Part shown: piece by piece, positions 1 to 8,549 of the stretch
Position numbering within the stretch: the first letter of the stretch is position 1
Layout of the letters: every line of letters starts with the position of its first letter
Assembly: GCA_944363885.1 (NCBI GenBank)
Contig: CALVVO010000004.1
Coordinates: forward strand, 1-43,101
Length of the DNA stretch: 43,101 bases
Source: an uncultured Bacilli bacterium
Lineage (GTDB): Bacteria > Bacillota_I > Bacilli_A > RF39 > UBA660
Direction: 5' to 3'
The notes under the pieces: model-generated
What the model saw: only the letters and a program-made list of their open reading frames with translations
Told to the model about the DNA's origin: nothing
Databases searched by the model: none
Position numbers and translations under genes: made by a program

Positions 1-1
1 T

Positions 2-26
2 ACGAACAAAGTACACCTTTGTTCGT
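2..26. terminator. Hairpin at window edge, possible terminator of the fba-murA-SGNH unit
   Basis: ACGAACAAAG (2-11) / CTTTGTTCGT (17-26) perfect 10-bp inverted repeat; any minus-strand U-tail would lie outside the window. Confidence 0.4.
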
Positions 27-74
27 TATCTATATTATAAATCGGTATAATTTTAACTAATGTTTAACATGTTT

Positions 75-821
75 TTATATAATATTTTCTTTTTCAATTA
101 GTTTTATAATTTCATTTGATATTAAGTTATATCCTTCTAATGATGGAAAAACATAATTTTTGTTTGGTAAATATTGATTCTTGTTTTTAAATATTTGATA
201 TATGTCTACATAATATATATTTTTGTCTAATAATTCGCTAAACTTCAAATCTATGTAATTAAATATTGAATCCATTGTTGTTTCATTTGTCTGTGAAAAT
301 GGTATTGGGTTATAGTATCCAACTAAAATGATGGTTTTTTTATTATATTTTCTAATAGTACTAATTAGGTTGTCCATATCAATAAACATTTGATCTATAT
401 ATTCTATGATTTTTTGTTTATTTCCTATTTTTATTTTATCGTTGTATTGCTTTAGTTTGTAAAAAAGCTCATCGCTTCCTATTGAAATTGTTATTAAATC
501 TGCTTTCTTTAACATGTGCGTTATTGTTAAATTTTCTGTTGTTTTTGTTGTTTCAATATTGTTAATGTCATTTATCAAATCAGTTATTCTGTAATCTGAT
601 TTAGTAAATGTTTTATAATTTGCATTTGTTTCTTTTTTCGTAGATAAATATTTGTAAACGTAGTCAGTGTAACTTTCTCCAAATGTATCAAATGGAGTCT
701 GGCCTTTTGCAATGCCATCTCCTAACGCTAGATATGTTATGCTACTATTTGAAGTCATTTGATATATAGTAAAAATTATTATTGCACTTATAAAAAAAAT
801 TACAAATTTAATGTATTTCAT
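75..821 (-). CDS. Membrane-anchored SGNH/GDSL-fold protein (YpmR-like), catalytic residues degenerate
   Basis: N-terminal TM; block I YLALGDGIA, block III ITISIGSDE, GYYNP, block V LPNKNYVFPSLEGY. Confidence 0.75.
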   Translation of the reverse strand: MKYIKFVIFFISAIIIFTIYQMTSNSSITYLALGDGIAKGQTPFDTFGESYTDYVYKYLSTKKETNANYKTFTKSDYRITDLINDINNIETTKTTENLTITHMLKKADLITISIGSDELFYKLKQYNDKIKIGNKQKIIEYIDQMFIDMDNLISTIRKYNKKTIILVGYYNPIPFSQTNETTMDSIFNYIDLKFSELLDKNIYYVDIYQIFKNKNQYLPNKNYVFPSLEGYNLISNEIIKLIEKENII

Positions 822-849
822 ATTATCATTTCCTTTGTAATAATTTTAT

Positions 850-2097
850 TTATATTTCTTCTATTTTAGCACCAACTTTTTGTAATTTATCTACTATGTC
901 TTCATAACCTCTTAATATGTGTTCAGTATTATCAATTATTGTTGTGCCTTTTGCAATTAGTCCTGCTAAAACTAAACTTGCCCCACCTCTTAAATCACTT
1001 GCATATACTTCCCTTCCAATTAATCTTGTCTTACCAGTTATAGTTAAAGTATTTCCCTTATATTTTGTATTTGCTCCCATTATATTTAAATATTCAGTAT
1101 TTTTAAACCTACTTTCATAAATTGTTTCTGTTATAGTTGAAGTCCCTTCCGCTTGCGTTAATAATGTTGTGAAAGGTTGCTGAACATCTGTAGGAAACCC
1201 AGGATATACGAGTGTTTTTATATTAGTAGGCTTTACTTTTTTAATTTTCGATATTGAAATTTTATTGTTATCTATTTTATAGGTTGCTCCTACTTCTGCA
1301 AGTTTATCCAATACTGCATTTATATGCTCTTTAATTATACCATCAATAGTTAAATTGTTTCCAATTAAAGCTCCGGCAATTAAATATGTTGATGCTTCTA
1401 TCCTATCAGGAAACACTTCTATAATCCCTTTATCTAGTTCTTTTTTCCCTTCTACCTTTATAGTGCTTGTTCCGGCGCCCGTTATATGGGCTCCCATGTT
1501 TATTAGAAAAGCGGCAATATTAACGATTTCTGGTTCTTTTGCTGCATTTTCTATTATTGTGGTGCCTTTGGCTCCTATGGCTGCAAGCATAAGATTTATT
1601 GTTGCTCCTACGCTAGCAAAGTCTAAATATATTTTTGTCCCAATTAATTCTTTTGCAGTCAGTGTGTATTTGTTCTTTTCTTGTTTTATCTTAACTCCTA
1701 ATTTTTGGAATCCTTTTAAATGTAAATCTATTGGCCTATTTCCTATTTTACATCCACCTGGAAATGATATTTCCGCTTTTTTAAATTTTGCTAACATTGC
1801 ACCCATATAATAATATGAAGCCCTCATCATTTGACTTAATTCTTCTGGAATTGAGTGATATTTTATTTTTGATGTGTCTATAAACACAGAATCTCCTTTT
1901 ATTGTAATTTTACAATTTAATAGTTCCATTATTTCTATTAAATATTTTATATCACTTATCTTCGGTACGTTTAATACTGTACTATTTGTTTTAGCTAATA
2001 TTGCTGCGGGCATTAAGGCTACAGCGCTATTTTTTGCTCCACTAATCTTTATAGTCCCAGTTAATTCATGTCCTCCTTCTATTCTTAATTTAGACAT
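850..2097 (-). CDS. murA: UDP-N-acetylglucosamine 1-carboxyvinyltransferase (MurAB/MurZ type)
   Basis: GAKNSAVAL, MRASYY, PGGCKIGNRP (active-site Cys), YPGFPTD, DLRGG motifs; adjacent to fba as in Bacillus. Confidence 0.96.
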   Translation of the reverse strand: MSKLRIEGGHELTGTIKISGAKNSAVALMPAAILAKTNSTVLNVPKISDIKYLIEIMELLNCKITIKGDSVFIDTSKIKYHSIPEELSQMMRASYYYMGAMLAKFKKAEISFPGGCKIGNRPIDLHLKGFQKLGVKIKQEKNKYTLTAKELIGTKIYLDFASVGATINLMLAAIGAKGTTIIENAAKEPEIVNIAAFLINMGAHITGAGTSTIKVEGKKELDKGIIEVFPDRIEASTYLIAGALIGNNLTIDGIIKEHINAVLDKLAEVGATYKIDNNKISISKIKKVKPTNIKTLVYPGFPTDVQQPFTTLLTQAEGTSTITETIYESRFKNTEYLNIMGANTKYKGNTLTITGKTRLIGREVYASDLRGGASLVLAGLIAKGTTIIDNTEHILRGYEDIVDKLQKVGAKIEEI

Positions 2098-2109
2098 ATA
2101 ACCCTCCCT

Positions 2110-2940
2110 TTACGATTTATTGTTACTTCCAAATACGTTTATTAAATTTGATACAACTTTTTTTATTTCTACGCTTGCTGATTGTATTATGAAAACTGGG
2201 TCGGTTTCGGCAGGATTATCATTTAAGAAGTTTCTTATTGATTTAGTCCACGCTTGTTTAAGTTCTGTATTTATATTTATTTTTGCTACCCCTTTGGCAA
2301 TGCTTTTTTGAAAGTGTAGCACACTTAAACCGGATCCACCGTGCATAACTAAAGGTGTATCTATTTTAGTCTTTATTTCGTCCAGTAATTCAAAATTTAG
2401 TTTTGGTTCTCCTTTATATACACCATGTACTGTTCCAAATGATGGAGCAATCAAATGGGCGTTTGTTTCTCTTTTTATCTTCACTATATCTTCAATATTT
2501 GAGTAGATTATTCCTTCGCCTCCATTTTTACCAATTGTTCCTACTTCGCATTCTATAATCGTATTTGGATTTTCTAAAACTAAACTTTTTGTAATTTTAA
2601 TGTTCTCTTCTAATGGATGTGCAGAATAATCTATCATAACTGAGTCAAAACCTGCTTCTATGGCTTTTTCACATGACTCTTTACTCTTTGCATGATCCAA
2701 ATGTAATATGACAGGAACAGTTATGTTTAAATCCTCTATTAGCGCATCTACTATGCTTTTTGCAACTTTATAGCCGCCTAAATGATTTGCGACTTTTTCA
2801 CTAACGCCTAAAATAACAGGTGATTTTTCTTTTTCACATTCTTCTAATATATATCTTGTGTATTCAGCATCTATGGTATTAAATTGAGGAATGGCATAGC
2901 CATTTTTGTAAGCTTTTAAAATTTCTTCATATTTTTTCAT
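2110..2940 (-). CDS. fba: Class II fructose-bisphosphate aldolase
   Basis: LHLDH, SVMID, GTVHG, VMHGGSG, KININT; start moved to ATG 2940 behind SD GGGAGAG. Confidence 0.9.
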   Translation of the reverse strand: MKKYEEILKAYKNGYAIPQFNTIDAEYTRYILEECEKEKSPVILGVSEKVANHLGGYKVAKSIVDALIEDLNITVPVILHLDHAKSKESCEKAIEAGFDSVMIDYSAHPLEENIKITKSLVLENPNTIIECEVGTIGKNGGEGIIYSNIEDIVKIKRETNAHLIAPSFGTVHGVYKGEPKLNFELLDEIKTKIDTPLVMHGGSGLSVLHFQKSIAKGVAKININTELKQAWTKSIRNFLNDNPAETDPVFIIQSASVEIKKVVSNLINVFGSNNKS

Positions 2941-2956
2941 ATTCTCTCCCATTTTT

Positions 2957-2985
2957 AATATATTATTACACTGTTACTAAGTCAA
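2957..2985 (-). promoter_or_regulatory. Putative sigmaA promoter of fba
   Basis: TTGACT-N17-TATATT on minus strand. Confidence 0.5.
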
Positions 2986-2998
2986 TCTTATAGTATTG

Positions 2999-3538
2999 TT
3001 ATTTACATAAAAAGTATATTATTAATGTAAATATTATAACAATAGATATCATTTTTGCATTTTGCTTTGATTTTTGAGTTATATATTTTCCAAGTAAAAA
3101 ACCACCTAAAGTAAATAAAAAACTAAAGATGGAAAAATAAATACATGAAAGTATTATACGTGTTGTTATATATGTAATTCCAGCACCAATTAGAAAACTA
3201 TCTATTGATACTAAAAATGAGAATGTTGTAGATTCTATAAAGCTCATATCTTTTTCTATTATTTCTTCATTATATGATTTTATCATTTCTACGAGTATTA
3301 TTAACAATGTTATTAAAAGTATAAACTTTGAGCTAATTGTATATTTATTTGTAAGTATAGTTCCAATGAGTAATCCAATCAATGGCATAAAAAAATGAAA
3401 AATTCCAACTGTTATAGATGTAATTATTATTTTTTTCTTTTTAATATTTAAAAGCCCGTATGCCACTGACAATGTAAAGGCATCTATACTTAAACTTATA
3501 GCAATCAAAATAATAGTTAGTTGTTCCAAACTTCTCAC
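2999..3538 (-). CDS. mntP: MntP/YwlD-family manganese efflux membrane protein
   Basis: Two SIDA/SIDS repeats (LSIDAF, VSIDSF), FHFFMP, multiple TM segments; Bacillus-like synteny near spoIIR. Confidence 0.8.
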   Translation of the reverse strand: MRSLEQLTIILIAISLSIDAFTLSVAYGLLNIKKKKIIITSITVGIFHFFMPLIGLLIGTILTNKYTISSKFILLITLLIILVEMIKSYNEEIIEKDMSFIESTTFSFLVSIDSFLIGAGITYITTRIILSCIYFSIFSFLFTLGGFLLGKYITQKSKQNAKMISIVIIFTLIIYFLCK

Positions 3539-3573
3539 CTATTTAAGTATAGTTTTTATTTTTTGATTTATAC

Positions 3574-4095
3574 TTAATTAATTATTTTTGAAATTAAATT
3601 TTTTAGAAAAAAAGTGTATTCTACTTCTTCTTTACCTTCGTTTTCCATCATGCACAAAGGTGGAAATAATACACACCAAAAGTTACTTCCTTCCGCTTTT
3701 CCTATTTCAACTACTAATGATTCATAATAACCTGCTTTGTATGTGTTACCCATAAATTCTTTTTCTGGAAAATAATTTAATCCATAATTAACTTTTACAT
3801 CTTTATCATAATTTATGTTCTTTTTGGTTATTTCAATGTTCTGTTTTATATTTTCAAGATTGTTTATTATATTTTCTCTTGTTTCTTCAATTGAATTTGC
3901 TTCCATTATTTTTTTTAAATCAGTTTCTACACTTTTTTGTATTTGTTCTTTTGCATTTATGTCTTCTACACTATTGCTATTTGGAATAATTCTGTATCTT
4001 ATTGATTCTTCTGGTATGACTAAGTATTTTTTATCTTCGTTATTATAAATTAAAATTAATATTATTACTGCTAAAATAATTAATATTTTTTTCAT
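3574..4095 (-). CDS. spoIIR: Stage II sporulation protein R
   Basis: Signal peptide, IRYRIIPNSNS, FPEK..G..Y.AG.Y.SL...IG...G.NFWCVLFPPLC; start at ATG 4095 behind AGAAAGG; follows prmC. Confidence 0.93.
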   Translation of the reverse strand: MKKILIILAVIILILIYNNEDKKYLVIPEESIRYRIIPNSNSVEDINAKEQIQKSVETDLKKIMEANSIEETRENIINNLENIKQNIEITKKNINYDKDVKVNYGLNYFPEKEFMGNTYKAGYYESLVVEIGKAEGSNFWCVLFPPLCMMENEGKEEVEYTFFLKNLISKIIN

Positions 4096-4141
4096 CAAAA
4101 AACCAACCTTTCTATTTAATGTTGGTCTTATTATTATTTTT

Positions 4142-4876
4142 TTATTCATTAAATATAAATAAATATCTTATTTTATTTGCTAAGTCCTCTTCAAATCTAT
4201 ATTTTAGGTTATAATCCATTAACTTTTTTTCTAAAATTTCTTTTTGTGTTTCGTGTATCTCAATGGCTATAAATCCGCCTTTTTTTAAATATTCTTTGTA
4301 TTCATTTATTATTTTTAGTATATGTCTAGTTCCATATTTTCCACTTATTAATGCTTTGTGTGGCTCATATTTTACTATTTTTGTTAATTTTTCTGTTTTT
4401 GGTATGTATGGTGGATTTGTTATTATAACATCAAAATTTTTTTCATTTATCTTTTTAAATAAATTGCTTTTTATAAATTTTATTTTCGCATTGTTTATTG
4501 TCGCATTTTCTTTGGCAACTTTTAAGGCTTTGCTTGATATATCGCTTGCCACAATGACGCTATTTTTAATTTCTTTTTTTAGGGTTATTGCTATGCATCC
4601 ACTTCCTGTACATAAATCTAATATTTTTATTTTTTTGTTTTTTATTTTTGCTTTTATGTAATTAATAGTTTTGTATATTAACGTTTCTGTTTCATAACGT
4701 GGAATTAATACCTTATTATTAACTTTTATCTTGTTTCCATAAAAATCTACATATCCAATAATGTATTGTGATGGATATTCTCTTAGTATTTTTTTTATAT
4801 TTTTTGATGTGTATTTTCCAGTACTTTTTAATTCTTCTATTTCTCTTTGTGATATTAAATCTTCTATTTTAAGCAT
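4142..4876 (-). CDS. prmC: Release factor glutamine methyltransferase, N-terminal domain short
   Basis: VLIPRYETE, LDLCTGSG, NPPY; directly downstream of prfA. Confidence 0.93.
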   Translation of the reverse strand: MLKIEDLISQREIEELKSTGKYTSKNIKKILREYPSQYIIGYVDFYGNKIKVNNKVLIPRYETETLIYKTINYIKAKIKNKKIKILDLCTGSGCIAITLKKEIKNSVIVASDISSKALKVAKENATINNAKIKFIKSNLFKKINEKNFDVIITNPPYIPKTEKLTKIVKYEPHKALISGKYGTRHILKIINEYKEYLKKGGFIAIEIHETQKEILEKKLMDYNLKYRFEEDLANKIRYLFIFNE

Positions 4877-5939
4877 TTTCTACTTCCATTTTTCTTCTCG
4901 TGTCTTCTGTGATTAATGCTTCTATTATTTCGTCTAGGTTTCCTTCCATAACTTTGTCTAAGTTCATAACTGAGAAATTTATTCTGTGGTCTGTTACTCT
5001 ATTTTGCGGATAATTGTATGTTCTTATTTTTTCAGACCTGTCTCCTGTACCTATTTTTATTTTTCTATTGTTTTCTGCTTTTTCTTCTTGTTCTCTTAAT
5101 TTTTGTTCATAAAGTCTTGTTTTTAGAATTTGTAAAGCCTTTTCTCTATTTTTTATTTGGCTTCTTTCATTTTGACATGTTACAACTGTATTTGTAGGCA
5201 AGTGTGTAATTCTGACGGCTGAATCTGTTGTATTAACACTTTGTCCACCAGCTCCACTGCTTCTAAATACGTCTATCTTTATGTCACTTTCTTTTATTTC
5301 TATATCTACTTCTTCTGCTTCTGGCATAACTAAAACTGTCGCTGTGGATGTGTGTATTCTGCCTTGACTTTCAGTGACTGGTACTCTTTGAACTCTATGT
5401 GAACCGCTTTCATATTTTAATCTTGAGTATACGTTGTCTCCTTTAAGCATGAATTCAACTATTGTAAATCCACCATTGTCACTATGCGATTCATTAATTA
5501 CTTCTATGTTCCAGTTTTCTTTTTCGGCATATTTTGTGTACATTCTGTATAAATCTCCAGCAAATATATTTGCTTCATCCCCGCCAGCTGCTCCTCTTAT
5601 TTCTACTATTACATTTTTTCCATCATTTGGATCTTTAGGTAGTAGCATTATTGTTAACTGTTCAGTTAATTTCTCTATTTTTTTAGTTAAATTTTCTATT
5701 TCTTCATTTGCAAAATTAATTGTCTCTTCATCTACTGAGTCCTTTAGCATTTCTTTAGCTGTTTCTAAATCTTCTTTTGCTTGTTTATACTCTTTGTATT
5801 TGTTTATTACTTCTTCTAGTGATGTTTTTTCTTTAGATAATGTTTTCATTTTATTAAAATCAGTGTAAACTTCTTCTTTTAATAATTCTTCATTTAAATA
5901 ATTATATCTTTCTAATATTATTTCTAGTCTTTCTTCCAT
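4869..5939 (-). CDS. prfA: Peptide chain release factor 1
   Basis: PVT recognition motif, GAGGQ; start at ATG 5939 behind AAGGTGA. Confidence 0.97.
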   Translation of the reverse strand: MEERLEIILERYNYLNEELLKEEVYTDFNKMKTLSKEKTSLEEVINKYKEYKQAKEDLETAKEMLKDSVDEETINFANEEIENLTKKIEKLTEQLTIMLLPKDPNDGKNVIVEIRGAAGGDEANIFAGDLYRMYTKYAEKENWNIEVINESHSDNGGFTIVEFMLKGDNVYSRLKYESGSHRVQRVPVTESQGRIHTSTATVLVMPEAEEVDIEIKESDIKIDVFRSSGAGGQSVNTTDSAVRITHLPTNTVVTCQNERSQIKNREKALQILKTRLYEQKLREQEEKAENNRKIKIGTGDRSEKIRTYNYPQNRVTDHRINFSVMNLDKVMEGNLDEIIEALITEDTRRKMEVENA

Positions 5940-5980
5940 TATATTCACCTTTCTTTATTCTTGTATTTAAATACTGGTGG

Positions 5981-6409
5981 CTATAATTCATCTTCGAGCT
6001 CATTTTCGTCTATAACTACTAAATCTTTTAAATCATCTTCTGTTTCATCATCATCTATTTCTTTATTTTCGTCCAAATAGTTTCCCTCAGATTCTTCTTC
6101 AATATCGTTACGTATTATTTCTTCATCCAACTCATCATCATCTTCTTGTTCAATTTTTATTGAATGATTTTCTCTTAAATCCCAACATCCTTTATCAAGC
6201 TGGATAAATCTTTTTTCAGTTGCTAGTAATGTAAAGAAATCAGCAATTTGCTCCTCATAAACTTTTTCATCTAAATTCTGTAATTCACAAATTGTTTTAA
6301 ATAAATCTGTGGTTTTCATTTTTTTGCCTTTTTCCTTTAATATTATATATGCTAAATCATCAAATGACAATGATTCGATTTCTTCTTTATTTACTGTTTT
6401 TAATTTCAT
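5981..6409 (-). CDS. rpoE: RNA polymerase delta subunit
   Basis: IADFFT.L..EKRF......WDLRE N-domain plus long acidic tail; start ATG 6409 behind GAGGAG. Confidence 0.92.
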   Translation of the reverse strand: MKLKTVNKEEIESLSFDDLAYIILKEKGKKMKTTDLFKTICELQNLDEKVYEEQIADFFTLLATEKRFIQLDKGCWDLRENHSIKIEQEDDDELDEEIIRNDIEEESEGNYLDENKEIDDDETEDDLKDLVVIDENELEDEL

Positions 6410-6436
6410 TTTTTCTCCTCTCACTTATCTCCTAAA

Positions 6437-6468
6437 ATTATACTTGTATTTTATATAAAATCAAGTAT
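6437..6468 (-). promoter_or_regulatory. Putative rpoE promoter overlapped by a near-perfect palindrome
   Basis: TTGATT-N16-TATAAT on minus strand; ATACTTG-T-ATTTTATATAAAAT-CAAGTAT (6440-6468). Confidence 0.4.
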
Positions 6469-6567
6469 TTTATTAATCTTTTTTATTATATTCTTTTTTT
6501 TATATTATATTAGTTAATTTTGCTTATATTTTTTTATTTTTTTTTAATAATAAAAATAGTGATTAAT

Positions 6568-8523
6568 ATGAAATATTTTAGGAAGTTCTTGTACATTATT
6601 AAAATTTTTGTTTTTTTATTTTTTGTCTTTATTTTGGGAAACGTTGCTCTTTATTTATATGCATATATTACGCCAAAAATTGATATTAATTCTAATAATT
6701 CTATAGTTTTTTATGATAATGAAGGTAAAAATTTTTTTGAAAATTCTTCAGAAAGTAAATGGGCTGCAATTAGTGATATTTCAAAATATGTTATTGATGC
6801 AACTGTTGCAACAGAAGATAAAAATTTTTATATTCATAAGGGTTTTGATTTTTTAAGAATTGCTAAAGCTTTTTATATTAATTTTAAAAATGGTAATATA
6901 TCTCAGGGTGCTTCTACTATTTCTCAACAATATATAAAGAATTTATATTTGACTTTTGATAAAACATGGGATAGAAAAATTGAAGAGGCTTTTTTGACAT
7001 TGGAATTAGAAACTCATTATAGTAAAGATGAAATTTTAGAGGGATATTTGAATTCTATAAATTATGGTTCAGGACAGTACGGTATAGAAAATGCTAGTAA
7101 GTATTATTTTAATAAAAGTGCTTTGGATTTGTCTTTGGCTGAAGCAAGTATTCTTGTTGGCATTCCAAAAAATCCATCTTTGTATAATCCCATTTATAAC
7201 CTTGACAAAGCAAAAAAAAGACAAAAAATAGTTTTAGATAGTATGTTAGAAGAAGGTTATATTACAGAGGAAGAAAGGAATGTTGCTTATAATACTGAAT
7301 TAGTGTTTTACGGACAAGATGATCCGGAATCTGTACTTAGTATTAATTATTACAAAGATGCTGTTTTACAAGAATTACAAACTATAACCAGTATTCCTGA
7401 TTCATTGATTGAATCGGGCGGTTTGCATATTTATACTAATTTGGATATTGAGGTGCAGAAAAAAATGGAAAATATTATTAGTGAGGAAATGGACGGGCAG
7501 ATTGATTATCAGGTGGCTAGTATTGCTGTAGAACCTAGTACAGGCAAGGTTATTGCTTTAATAGGCGGCGTGGACTATAATACTAGTGAATATAATCGTG
7601 TAACTCAAGCAGAAAGGCAGGTTGGCTCTACATTTAAACCTATTTTGTATTATGCAGCATTAGAAAATGGTTTTACTGCTTCTTCGACTTTTTCAAGTGA
7701 AGCAACTACTTTTAATATGGGAAATGGCAAGACCTATTCTCCTAAAAATTACGGTGAAAAATATGGAAATAAGGATATTTCTCTTGCTACTGCAATAGCT
7801 TACTCTGATAATATATATGCGGTTAAAACTCATCTTTTTTTAGGAGAAAGTGTTTTAGTTGATACGGCTAAAAGAATGGGAATTGAAAAAAAACTTCAAG
7901 CTAACGCTTCTTTATCACTAGGTACTGAAGAAATCTCAATGTTAGATTATAGTAACGCTTATACAACTTTAGCTAACTATGGTGTTAAAAATGATGTTTA
8001 TTTAATTAATAAAATTACTGATAATGATGGAAATATTTTATACAAACATGAATATAAAGAAGAAACTGTACTTAATAAACGTGATGTATTTATATTAAAT
8101 GAACTTTTGAGTAATACTTATAATTATGATTTTGTGGATTACTCTTCACCGACTATGTTACCTATTAGTAATTTGTTAACAAAAAAATATGCAGTTAAAA
8201 GTGGTAGTACTAATACTGATTATTGGGCAGTAGGTTATAATCCTGATATGCTCGTGATGGTTTGGAATGGCTATGATGATAATAGAGATACTTCTTCTAG
8301 TCAGTCTAAAATTACAAAAAGGATTTGGGCTAGGACTATTGAAAGTATTTTAGAAAATAGTGATTCTAGTTGGTATGAGATTCCTACTGGTGTAACTGCT
8401 TCTTTGGTAAACCCTGTTAGTGGTCAAATTACTGAAAATGGTAAGAAAACTTTACTTTTTTATATTAAAGGTACTGAACCCAATCTTAATTCGAATGCTT
8501 TTAATAAATTGTTTTTAAACTAA
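6568..8523 (+). CDS. Class A penicillin-binding protein (PbpG/YwhE-like)
   Basis: Transglycosylase EDKNFY.H.G, QGASTISQQ, RKIEE; transpeptidase STFK, SDN, KSG; next to rpoE; start placed at ATG 6568. Confidence 0.9.
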   Translation: MKYFRKFLYIIKIFVFLFFVFILGNVALYLYAYITPKIDINSNNSIVFYDNEGKNFFENSSESKWAAISDISKYVIDATVATEDKNFYIHKGFDFLRIAKAFYINFKNGNISQGASTISQQYIKNLYLTFDKTWDRKIEEAFLTLELETHYSKDEILEGYLNSINYGSGQYGIENASKYYFNKSALDLSLAEASILVGIPKNPSLYNPIYNLDKAKKRQKIVLDSMLEEGYITEEERNVAYNTELVFYGQDDPESVLSINYYKDAVLQELQTITSIPDSLIESGGLHIYTNLDIEVQKKMENIISEEMDGQIDYQVASIAVEPSTGKVIALIGGVDYNTSEYNRVTQAERQVGSTFKPILYYAALENGFTASSTFSSEATTFNMGNGKTYSPKNYGEKYGNKDISLATAIAYSDNIYAVKTHLFLGESVLVDTAKRMGIEKKLQANASLSLGTEEISMLDYSNAYTTLANYGVKNDVYLINKITDNDGNILYKHEYKEETVLNKRDVFILNELLSNTYNYDFVDYSSPTMLPISNLLTKKYAVKSGSTNTDYWAVGYNPDMLVMVWNGYDDNRDTSSSQSKITKRIWARTIESILENSDSSWYEIPTGVTASLVNPVSGQITENGKKTLLFYIKGTEPNLNSNAFNKLFLN

Positions 8524-8548
8524 AAAAATGTAAGAAATCTACATTTTT
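8524..8548. terminator. Bidirectional terminator between pbp and noc
   Basis: AAAAATGTA-N7-TACATTTTT between convergent stop codons. Confidence 0.6.
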
Positions 8549-8549
8549 A

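Noticed and set aside
3-25. CGAAC...GTTCG as a LexA box
   Set aside because: Spacer is 13 nt rather than 4; better read as a hairpin.
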